A stretch of 64,000 nt of DNA from Candidatus Chisholmbacteria bacterium RIFCSPHIGHO2_01_FULL_52_32 (GTDB lineage Bacteria; Patescibacteriota; Microgenomatia; UBA1400; Chisholmbacteraceae): contig MHCJ01000007.1 in NCBI GenBank assembly GCA_001816585.1, positions 2,062 through 66,061 of the forward strand, in the 5' to 3' direction. Made by a program: the position numbers and the translations under genes. Below, in pieces: positions 8,619-17,921 of this stretch. Positions within the stretch are counted from its first letter, which is position 1. Each line of letters starts with the position of its first letter. The notes under the pieces were generated by a model, which made no database searches, had not been told where the DNA came from, and saw only the letters and a program-made list of their open reading frames with translations.

Positions 8619-8685
8619 ACCACGCTACAACTCCTGCCGGCAAAATCCGCTTAGCGTATTCTTGCGGGCGCGTCGTATACGTGGT
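8619..8685. repeat. hairpin element family A, copy 3
   Basis: accacgctacaactcctgcc...gcgcgtcgtatacgtggt; flanked by boxA-like gcactttgac and gcaccttaacaa. Confidence 0.85.
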
Positions 8686-8899
8686 TTGCGGTGCAAAAGC
8701 ACCTTAACAAGTGAATGATGAGGTTACTTGTCCCTTTTGTGGGACAAGGAATTCTCTATAGCCCCGGAAAACTCGACAATCGTGCGTTGCAGAGACATCC
8801 CCCGCGTTCCGCCAATCGGCGGACTACTGAGGAAAAGGAGGTCAACAGGAAACGGCCTATCAATCCGCGCGCTAAATCAAGTACGAAGGAGACGTTCCC

Positions 8900-9202
8900 A
8901 TGGCAAGACGGATCGGAATGGTCGTCGGGAGCGCTATTGGGCTGGCTGTCGGAGTGCCCGTCGCCATCGTCATGGTAGCCTCACGGCCGCACTTCAACAT
9001 CCAAAGCCCGGACGCCACGATTATCTGGTTCGCGCTGGTCTTCATCCTTCTCACCGTCTTGCCATACGTCTGCGCAGTGTTCTTCGGTGAGATAGCTGAA
9101 GCCGTCGTCCAGAAAGTGAACAAGCGTCGCAAACCACCGGCACCACCTCAAGCAGCGGTTGCGACCGACTCAAGGCCGCGACCAAGGGAGAAGCAGCCAT
9201 GA
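8900..9202 (+). CDS. hypothetical 2-TM membrane protein
   Basis: 100-aa ORF, AAGGAG RBS, ATGA overlap with the next gene. Confidence 0.75.
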   Translation: MARRIGMVVGSAIGLAVGVPVAIVMVASRPHFNIQSPDATIIWFALVFILLTVLPYVCAVFFGEIAEAVVQKVNKRRKPPAPPQAAVATDSRPRPREKQP

Positions 9203-10092
9203 AGACAAAACTGCAACCGATGATCCTCGTTTGCACGGCACTCTTCCTGGTCTCGTGCAGTAGAGATGCCTCCGCGCTGAGCAGCGGTGAGATCGCCGCC
9301 ACGGCACTCGCCGCAGATCTCCGGGAAACCGAGCAAGTCAACCAGGCGAAAGATCAAGCCAATCAGGCAACCGAGCAAGCCATCCAAGCTACTCAGGCAG
9401 CCCTGGAACAACCAACGGACATCCCCATACCAGTGGTGGCAACCCAACCAACCGAAGAGGTCTCTTCCTTTGCAGACATGGGTCTGAACCACTGGGCGTA
9501 TCAAGGCCGCAAGTGGGCCATCGACCAGGGTTATGCGACCGCATGCTCGGTCGAGGGCGGAGATCCGACCCAAGTCTACGCCTGCCCGGACAAGCCGATG
9601 CAAATCTGGGAGCTCATCGAGTCCGGAGTCAGGTTCTACCATGACACCCAGTCGTTCAGACCGCCGGAGGCCACGGGCAGAACCTTCGATGACCCTGACT
9701 TTCACGGCCACGAAGGTGAAGCGTGGGCAGAGGATGCCAGTCGGCAAAACATCCTTCCCGATTGGTTCCTCACCAACTACCCCAACCCGCACTACATCGG
9801 GCCCTTCCGCACGGCGACCCGCTGCGACGGCCACGTCTTTGTGCGGGTGCTCCTCTACAAGAAGCTCGAGTTCCCCAACTGGGACCTTTTGGCAGAGCGT
9901 CAATTCTCGGACTACTACAAAGCCTCGAGACTCTGCAATCAAGCCGCGGAAGCCAACCTCGAAGAGGGGATCTTCGACCCGGGCCCGGCAAGCCTGCTGG
10001 AGCCTGAACGGGAACTTGACTGGGGGTATTGGTCCGTCCTCCTCTATCAGGCTGACTCCGTCCGAACCAAGAACTCCGATCCGGCTAACTAG
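9199..10092 (+). CDS. lipoprotein with three divergent S-layer homology (SLH)-like repeats
   Basis: lipobox LVSC; repeats FADM..HWA..W..GY..CP, FDD..H..AW..I..P, FSD...GIF..P. Confidence 0.7.
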   Translation: MKTKLQPMILVCTALFLVSCSRDASALSSGEIAATALAADLRETEQVNQAKDQANQATEQAIQATQAALEQPTDIPIPVVATQPTEEVSSFADMGLNHWAYQGRKWAIDQGYATACSVEGGDPTQVYACPDKPMQIWELIESGVRFYHDTQSFRPPEATGRTFDDPDFHGHEGEAWAEDASRQNILPDWFLTNYPNPHYIGPFRTATRCDGHVFVRVLLYKKLEFPNWDLLAERQFSDYYKASRLCNQAAEANLEEGIFDPGPASLLEPERELDWGYWSVLLYQADSVRTKNSDPAN

Positions 10093-10130
10093 CGGTTGCG
10101 ACCTTCGGCCGTAACCAAGGAGAGGCATCC

Positions 10131-11276
10131 ATGTCCAAACGGTCGTTGATCCTGATTTCATCCGTGTTCGCCATCCTCCTGATTGGAGCCTGCACTCGCG
10201 TAGGTTCACCAGTATCCCAGCAGCAGATGTTGGGAACTTGGGTGGCAGGCAGTGTGACGGCGGTCTTCAGGACGCAGGAAGCTCAAGTCACGCCATCGGC
10301 AACGCCGTCGGCCACTCCACAACCTACGCACACCGCGACGGCTTCCCTCACCGCAACCGCCACCGTCACACCGATCATCGTCGTCGACGTGCCTGATCCC
10401 AAGGAGCGCGAGGACGCTCTTTGGAACATCGACAAGGACCTGATGAGGCCAAAGCTTCGGGACCCGTTGACCTTCGGCCGCAATGATCCCTACATCATGG
10501 GTGACATGGCCATCGCCATGGGGAGAGCCTGCCTGTGGGACAAGATCGAGAAGCCGTTCGGGACGGTTTTCACCGATCTGGGTGTCGTCGTACCCCCTCC
10601 AAGGGCCAGTCCTGAAGAACTCCGGCAGGCCGAGCATCAAAGGCTCGTCCTCGCAGTCTCGGAAGAGCTGTTCCAGCGGGGGCTCTATCTCCACAAGAAC
10701 CCGGCCAAGCCGAACCTGTCCAACTGGGACGACACGCTCACCCCAGATCAACTCCGCCAGTGGTGGGAAATGGCCTCCAACTCTCCCGAGTGCCGGGAGC
10801 AGATGACAAGCTCAGGTGGCGGGAACTCCCCCGGCATCACCCTTTTCACCAACGCCGTCAGTTTCAACCGGGTGAGTCTCCTGGCAAGCACGAACACGCC
10901 GAAGTCGAATCCGATTCCGACCCGGACTCCCGTCCCGAAGCCGACCGACCCACCGGAGCCGAAGCCCAAGACAGCCACGCCGGCTCCGCCAACAGCGGTT
11001 CCTCCATCCAATACGCCGGTACCACCGACCGACACCCCGGTACCACCCAGCAACACGCCCAAACCTGGAGGTGGTGGGAATGACGACGACGACGACCCGA
11101 CCAAGACCCCGAAGCCGGTGATCTATTACACGGCGACACCGTCTATTTGTGTCGATGGCGCCGTGGTCGGCGGCTGTGGTCTGACGAGAATCCAGGCGGC
11201 AGACCTTCTGCATCAATATCTCGCCGACTGGGTTTTCCCGCCCAACCAGCTGCCTCCATCGCAGAACGGTCCCTAG
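10131..11276 (+). CDS. lipoprotein with Pro/Thr-rich linkers and a possible degenerate SLH region
   Basis: lipobox IGAC; TPSATP and PPSNTPVPPT repeats; AAGGAG RBS. Confidence 0.75.
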   Translation: MSKRSLILISSVFAILLIGACTRVGSPVSQQQMLGTWVAGSVTAVFRTQEAQVTPSATPSATPQPTHTATASLTATATVTPIIVVDVPDPKEREDALWNIDKDLMRPKLRDPLTFGRNDPYIMGDMAIAMGRACLWDKIEKPFGTVFTDLGVVVPPPRASPEELRQAEHQRLVLAVSEELFQRGLYLHKNPAKPNLSNWDDTLTPDQLRQWWEMASNSPECREQMTSSGGGNSPGITLFTNAVSFNRVSLLASTNTPKSNPIPTRTPVPKPTDPPEPKPKTATPAPPTAVPPSNTPVPPTDTPVPPSNTPKPGGGGNDDDDDPTKTPKPVIYYTATPSICVDGAVVGGCGLTRIQAADLLHQYLADWVFPPNQLPPSQNGP

Positions 11277-11725
11277 CGCCTGCATCCGAAGCAGCGCCTC
11301 TCAGGACCTCATCATTCACAACCAGGGAAACGCACCCGTGTAATACCCACGCGCTAACCCTCTCCCCAGCGGAGAGAAGCAAACGCCGCGCGTTTGGCAA
11401 GACATAGGGAGCGTTCTCCCCCAGGAAAAAACGGGCAAGCTTTTTTGCTTGCGACTGGGCATCAAGTGTGGGGAAAGAACAAGAGAGAATCTGTCTCTCT
11501 GACTGAGGGAACCATCCCTCACTCAAGTTCCCCCCCACTCCCATTCGCAACCATCCGCCCGTTTTTTCATGCCTAAAAAGGGGAAATAGGAGTGCCAAAA
11601 CGATACAGGTTGTACATCCTTTACACAATAAACGATGTTCGGATGAAATAACTTGACCGCAAGGTGTATACTAATCTTCGCGATATATCTTCTGCTCAGT
11701 CTCCTGCTAGAATCTGCCCACCGTA

Positions 11726-12655
11726 ATGAAACAGAAACTCGGATTGGCAATCGGCGTCATCTGCCTCCTTCTTCTCGGAATGGTATCCGCTGTGCGGATC
11801 GCCAAGGCCGCCAGCCCCGCAGCTTGCTCAATCAACACCTTCCCTGTCAATGATCCCAACACCCGTTACCACACGGTCTTCACCTGGAGCAATGCCCACA
11901 CAAACCAATGGTTCCTCTTTCAATGGGGCGATGAAGCCAATACCGGCAAAGATCCCGTGGGATTCATCGGCCAAAGCGGTAGGGCGGAATGGGAACACGA
12001 GTACAACCCCGGAACTTGGGAACAGTGGGCAAACCTTTCCGGTCCGGGAGGAAACGGCGGATGCAAGGTCTCGGTAACCGTCCAGGTCACACAAGACCCC
12101 GCCAGCTGTACAATCGAAGCCTTTGTTGACGGATCAAATCCCAGCCTCTTCCACACGGTACTGCGCTGGAACAACACAAACGATGGCGAGTGGTCCCTTT
12201 TCCATTGGGGCGATGAGGAATTCACCAAAGCCGATCCCCCGGGATTCCGCGGACCGTTTGGGGAAATTTCCTGGGACCACGAGTACAACCCCGGAACCTG
12301 GGATCAGTGGGCCAACGTTGCAGGACCGAGAGGCAATGGGAGTTGTAAAGTCGTGGTTACCGCAAAACTCCAACAACCGGCGGCAACCTGTACCATCACC
12401 ACCAATCCGGTGAATGTCGAACAGACCCGCTTCCATACGACGCTCACTTGGAACAACTCGTACAGCGACCAATGGTCCCTCTTCCACTGGGGCGATGAAG
12501 AATTCACCCAAGCCGGCCCTGTCGGTTTCTTCGGCAGCAATGGAACAACGGAATGGGAACACGAATACAACCCCGGCACCTGGGAACAGTGGGCCAACGT
12601 TTCCGGTCCCGGCGGTCCCAGTGGCTGCAAAGTCATCACTTCCGTCAACCCATAA
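11726..12655 (+). CDS. secreted protein made of three tandem Cys-closed PKD/Ig-like repeats
   Basis: signal peptide; 3x C..HT..TW.N...W.LF.WGDE...HEYNPGTW.QWAN..GP.G...CKV. Confidence 0.9.
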   Translation: MKQKLGLAIGVICLLLLGMVSAVRIAKAASPAACSINTFPVNDPNTRYHTVFTWSNAHTNQWFLFQWGDEANTGKDPVGFIGQSGRAEWEHEYNPGTWEQWANLSGPGGNGGCKVSVTVQVTQDPASCTIEAFVDGSNPSLFHTVLRWNNTNDGEWSLFHWGDEEFTKADPPGFRGPFGEISWDHEYNPGTWDQWANVAGPRGNGSCKVVVTAKLQQPAATCTITTNPVNVEQTRFHTTLTWNNSYSDQWSLFHWGDEEFTQAGPVGFFGSNGTTEWEHEYNPGTWEQWANVSGPGGPSGCKVITSVNP

Positions 12656-12658
12656 ACC

Positions 12659-12685
12659 ACCTTGAAAGGTCTGACCTTTCAAGGT
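12659..12685. repeat. REP-like palindrome (related copies near 7199, 17905 and 30014)
   Basis: accttgaaaggt-ctg-acctttcaaggt. Confidence 0.6.
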
Positions 12686-12697
12686 AATCTTCCCCAC

Positions 12698-12727
12698 AAA
12701 AAAACCGCCTCTTAAAGCGGTTTTCTT
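12698..12727. terminator. bidirectional intrinsic terminator between the 16S gene and the convergent CDS
   Basis: A run-aaaaccgc/gcggtttt-T run. Confidence 0.7.
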
Positions 12728-12831
12728 GTTTCTTGTTTCTTGTTACTCCTGACAGCTCAAGATGTGGTAGGAAAAACCGGTTTTTTTACAAGACACCGGC
12801 AAACCTTGCGTGAGTGAAAAATATCTCCTTA

Positions 12832-14347
<1,516 letters not shown>

Positions 14348-14451
14348 ATTTGACGCAGTCAAATCCGCCAACTGGCGGACAGACCACGTCTGATTCCTAC
14401 CACATCTTGAACTATCAAAATGAACCTTACTCTATTGAGTCTATTATTCAC

Positions 14452-14464
14452 TTTTCAAAGAGCA
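14452..14464 (-). promoter_or_regulatory. rrn leader boxA
   Basis: TGCTCTTTGAAAA on the minus strand upstream of 16S. Confidence 0.7.
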
Positions 14465-14541
14465 CAAAAACGCCCCGACCAAGGCGGGGCAAAAAGTGAA
14501 ACCACATCCTTGGCCAGTTGTTATGTCATACGAACACCCGT

Positions 14542-14570
14542 ACTATAGCAAGATTCCTTCAAAAAATCAA
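14542..14570 (-). promoter_or_regulatory. rrn promoter
   Basis: TTGATT-17 bp-(TGc)TATAGT. Confidence 0.75.
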
Positions 14571-14574
14571 CGCC

Positions 14575-15906
14575 TTAATTCTTCTCGGATGAATCTTTTG
14601 ATACTTGCTGCTCAACGATAATGCCGCCTCCCAAGCATTCATCTCCGAGATAAAACACCGCTGCTTGCCCTGGAGCGATTCCCCGCTGGGGCTCAGCAAG
14701 TTCCACAAACAACTTTGAATTTTTCACTTTTAACTTTGAACTTATCAGCTCTCCTCCGTGTCTGATTCGCACCTGTAACCCTTTCATGACTGTTAATTCT
14801 TCATTCTTGATTCCGTTGATGAAATGAAGGTCGGCTACCTGAAATTTATCGCGGAATGTTTCTGCTCCAAATCCGACAATCAGCTGATTCCGAACAACAT
14901 TTTTACCCACCACATAGAATGGCGGTATCGCATGTCTCAACTTGTCACTTGTTACTTGTACCTTGTTGCTGATACTGAACCCATGCCTCTGTCCGATCGT
15001 GTAGAACCAAACACCTTTGTGCTTTCCAATAACATCCCCATCGGTATCGACCACATCACCGGTCTTCTCGTTGATTCTGCGCCGTAAAAACTCGCCGACA
15101 TCGACTTCTCCGACAAAACAAATCCCGACCGAGTCTGGTTTATCCGCAGTCAATAACCTACGTCTCTTCGCCTCTCGCCGAACCTGTTTTTTTGTCAGAT
15201 GTCCGACCGGAAACAAAACGTGAGCCAACTGCTCCTGCATTAGCGGGTAGAGGAAATAACTCTGATCTTTCTTGGCATCAATTCCCTGTAAAAGATGATA
15301 CATTCCGATTCCATCTCGGTTGTGGTGAGCGGGGAGACGAACAAATTTGCGCTGGTCACCCAGACCAGGCATATCGCCTGGAAAGACTTCCGGTTTGGCT
15401 CGAAGTTTCGAACGCAATCGTTGGTGACCAAGCAAATTTCCGTTCGGCGACCTCAGCTCACCGAATCCTATCCTCGCGTAATGCCCTGTTGCTACATAAT
15501 CAAACCCGTGGTTCAAAGCCCATCGCAAGAAGAGCCCGAATTTAATCTCCCGATTGCACACCACATCCGGATTCGGCGTCCGTCCAGCTTCGTACTCGCG
15601 ATAAAAATACTCGATGACCTTCTTCCGGTATTCCTTCTGAAAATCCAGCACCTGAAATGGAATCCCAAGCCCAAGGGCTACGCTCAATGCATCCTTCCGA
15701 TCCTCCGGAGCCCGGCACCCCGGTTCATTCCAACACTCAAGGAAAACACCGGTAACATCATAGCCTCGCTCCACAAGCAAAGCCGCCGAAACCGAGGAAT
15801 CTACCCCGCCTGACATACCCACAGCGACACGTCTGCCCTGAACCGTTCCGCCAACTGGCGGATCTGGTTCACGGGCTACTCGAGGGAATTTCTGCCTCTT
15901 CTCCAT
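14575..15906 (-). CDS. mnmA: tRNA-specific 2-thiouridylase with in-frame insertions
   Basis: GMSGGVDS, TPNPDVVCNREIKF, ATGHYAR, KDQSYFL, GICF, YTIGQR and APGQAAVFY motifs. Confidence 0.97.
   Translation of the reverse strand: MEKRQKFPRVAREPDPPVGGTVQGRRVAVGMSGGVDSSVSAALLVERGYDVTGVFLECWNEPGCRAPEDRKDALSVALGLGIPFQVLDFQKEYRKKVIEYFYREYEAGRTPNPDVVCNREIKFGLFLRWALNHGFDYVATGHYARIGFGELRSPNGNLLGHQRLRSKLRAKPEVFPGDMPGLGDQRKFVRLPAHHNRDGIGMYHLLQGIDAKKDQSYFLYPLMQEQLAHVLFPVGHLTKKQVRREAKRRRLLTADKPDSVGICFVGEVDVGEFLRRRINEKTGDVVDTDGDVIGKHKGVWFYTIGQRHGFSISNKVQVTSDKLRHAIPPFYVVGKNVVRNQLIVGFGAETFRDKFQVADLHFINGIKNEELTVMKGLQVRIRHGGELISSKLKVKNSKLFVELAEPQRGIAPGQAAVFYLGDECLGGGIIVEQQVSKDSSEKN
15324..15462. mobile_element. 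palindromic element family C, copy inserted in-frame in mnmA
   Basis: ggtgagc/gctcacc termini, acaaatttgc/gcaaattt stem, ccaggc/gcctgg hairpin; homologous to 25150-25276 and 56342-56470. Confidence 0.75.
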
Positions 15907-15973
15907 ATCCAGATTATATCACCTCTGATAGGCACAAACAGCAAACAAAACCCGTAAAAGGTATAATACACTC

Positions 15974-16900
15974 ATGCATGCCAGGCCACTCAATCGCCAA
16001 GCCGCTCTCTACATCGAGGCAGCCAAGAAAATTGGAGCAAGCTATACAATCATCCATCCTGCAGGACTGGTTCGGTTTTCAACCAACGGTAAAAGCACGA
16101 GGATCTACAAGAGCCAGGTCGAAGCCAACAACGCCGTCGCCACCCTCCTTGCAAGAAACAAGTACCACACAAACAGGCTGCTTCAAAAAGCCAAGATTCC
16201 CGTACCCAAGCTCTCCTTTTGCCGAACCGTCGGGGATGCGAAAAAAGCCGCTGCATTAATCGGCTACCCCATTGTCCTTAAACCCACCAAAGGCTCCCGC
16301 GGCCACCGCACGGTCCTAGAAATAAAAGGAGAAAAAGAGTTGATCCAAGCCGCAAGAATTATAAGAAAGGTCAATCACACTTTCCTGGTTGAGAAATTTC
16401 ATCTTGGAAAGGATTACCGCTTTCTTGTCCTAAAAAACAAGGTCATTGGTATCGTCAAACGTCTTCCCCCGACCGTAACGGGCAATGGCAAACAAACGAT
16501 ACAAGAGCTCATCCGCAAACTACCCAGAGTAAAGATAGACGCTGAGGTGAGAAGCGTGCTCCGAAAACAAGGGCAAACCCTCGCAAGTATCCTTAAGAAA
16601 GGGAAAGTTATCCCCATCCGCCGAAACGCTAACTACTCAACCGGAGGCTCGGCAGAAACCGTAGACAAGAGCCAAATCCATCCCGCGATCCTTAGGCTTA
16701 CCGTTAAAACAGCCCAAACCATAGGAATCACGCTTGCGGGCGTCGATATGCTCATTAAAAGCACGTCAGAGCCCCCAAAAGACAACGCCGTCGTCATCGA
16801 AGTCAATTCCAAACCAAGCATTTTTATCCATCACCACCCCGACCGCGGCCGACCCCAACCCGTCGCCAAAACCATCCTCAACCACCTCCTCCGCCTTTAA
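15974..16900 (+). CDS. stand-alone ATP-grasp ligase, CphA/GshAB ATP-grasp-like
   Basis: PIVLKP..GS.G, GKDYRFLV, R.PP.V.GNG, NANYSTGG, AGVD, IEVNSKP; no Mur domain. Confidence 0.9.
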   Translation: MHARPLNRQAALYIEAAKKIGASYTIIHPAGLVRFSTNGKSTRIYKSQVEANNAVATLLARNKYHTNRLLQKAKIPVPKLSFCRTVGDAKKAAALIGYPIVLKPTKGSRGHRTVLEIKGEKELIQAARIIRKVNHTFLVEKFHLGKDYRFLVLKNKVIGIVKRLPPTVTGNGKQTIQELIRKLPRVKIDAEVRSVLRKQGQTLASILKKGKVIPIRRNANYSTGGSAETVDKSQIHPAILRLTVKTAQTIGITLAGVDMLIKSTSEPPKDNAVVIEVNSKPSIFIHHHPDRGRPQPVAKTILNHLLRL

Positions 16901-16942
16901 GCGGTATAATACCGCAAGGCTTAGGAATGACGACAACCATTT

Positions 16943-17860
16943 ATGCTGAACCCACACACCGCTCTCTTTATCAAAGCCGCCCAAAAATTGGGGGTCGGTT
17001 ACCGGATCGTTAACCCACCGACGCTTGTCCGTTTCACGAAAAACGGGAAATCAACCCTGATCTACAGAACCCAAATCGAGGCAAACGCCCTGATCCCCTC
17101 CCTCCTCTGCCTATCGAAGTACCAAACGAACTTGACGCTGCGGAAAGCCAAACTTCCGGTTCCAAAGCAACTCTGTTGCCAATCGGCGGAAGATGCCCGG
17201 ACGGCTGTTAAAGAGATCGGCTTTCCCCTGGTCGTTAAACCGCTCAAAGGTCTGGGCGGGAAATATGTAACGGTCAATATCAAGTCTGAAACGGAACTAA
17301 GAAAAGCGGTAAATCAAGTCCTCAAAGAACACCGTGGTTTTGTCGTCGAAAAGTTTTGCCAAGGGAAAGATTACCGCTTCCTCGTTTTGAAGGGAAAGCT
17401 GATCGGAATCGTAAAAAGAGAACCACCGACCGTAACGGGGGATGGAAAACATAGCGTCAGACAATTGCTGATGATAGGTAATCCGAAGCTCCCGATCGAC
17501 GCGGAACTCCGACAAACACTCACAAGACGAGGTTTGCAGTTAAACAGCGTGCCTCAAACAGGAATCGTGGTTAAGCTTCGCAAGAACGCCAACATCACGA
17601 CCGGCGCCGACTCCAGTACCGTAACAAACAACACCATCCACCCGGACCTCCGAAAGCTCGCCATCAAAGCCGTAAGCGTAATGGGCATGAGCTTTGCGGG
17701 TGTCGATATGCTGATAAAAAATCCGAAAAAACCAAGAAAAGACAATGCCGTTATTCTGGAGTTAAACTCCCAGCCGGGAATTGATATCCATGAGCGCCCG
17801 GACAAAGGCATTCCCCAACCCGTCGCCGAAACCATCCTCAGGTACCTCCTCCACCTTTAA
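16943..17860 (+). CDS. stand-alone ATP-grasp ligase, tandem paralog of the upstream gene
   Basis: same motif series (GKDYRFLVLK, AGVDMLIK, LELNSQPG). Confidence 0.9.
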   Translation: MLNPHTALFIKAAQKLGVGYRIVNPPTLVRFTKNGKSTLIYRTQIEANALIPSLLCLSKYQTNLTLRKAKLPVPKQLCCQSAEDARTAVKEIGFPLVVKPLKGLGGKYVTVNIKSETELRKAVNQVLKEHRGFVVEKFCQGKDYRFLVLKGKLIGIVKREPPTVTGDGKHSVRQLLMIGNPKLPIDAELRQTLTRRGLQLNSVPQTGIVVKLRKNANITTGADSSTVTNNTIHPDLRKLAIKAVSVMGMSFAGVDMLIKNPKKPRKDNAVILELNSQPGIDIHERPDKGIPQPVAETILRYLLHL

Positions 17861-17921
17861 GGGAGTCTCCCTTCAAGGGGACTCCAATACAATACTATAG
17901 GAACTTTAAAGGTTCGACCTT

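Noticed and set aside
4677-10209. long antisense ORFs 4677..5372 and 9148..10209
   Set aside because: Shadows of GC-rich or low-complexity plus-strand genes that have an RBS and signal peptides.
3395-11568. integron cassette array or prophage
   Set aside because: No integrase or phage structural genes; the hairpins lack clear RYYYAAC/GTTRRRY attC ends and do not follow each gene.
11800-12650. DGR template/variable repeat or CRISPR array in the triple-repeat gene
   Set aside because: The repeats are in-frame protein domains whose differences are not adenine-specific; no RT or cas genes and no regularly spaced repeat-spacer array were seen in the window.
15974-17860. cyanophycin synthetase cphA or gshAB call
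   Set aside because: Only the ~305-aa ATP-grasp portion is present, with no Mur ligase or GshA domain and no cyanophycinase.
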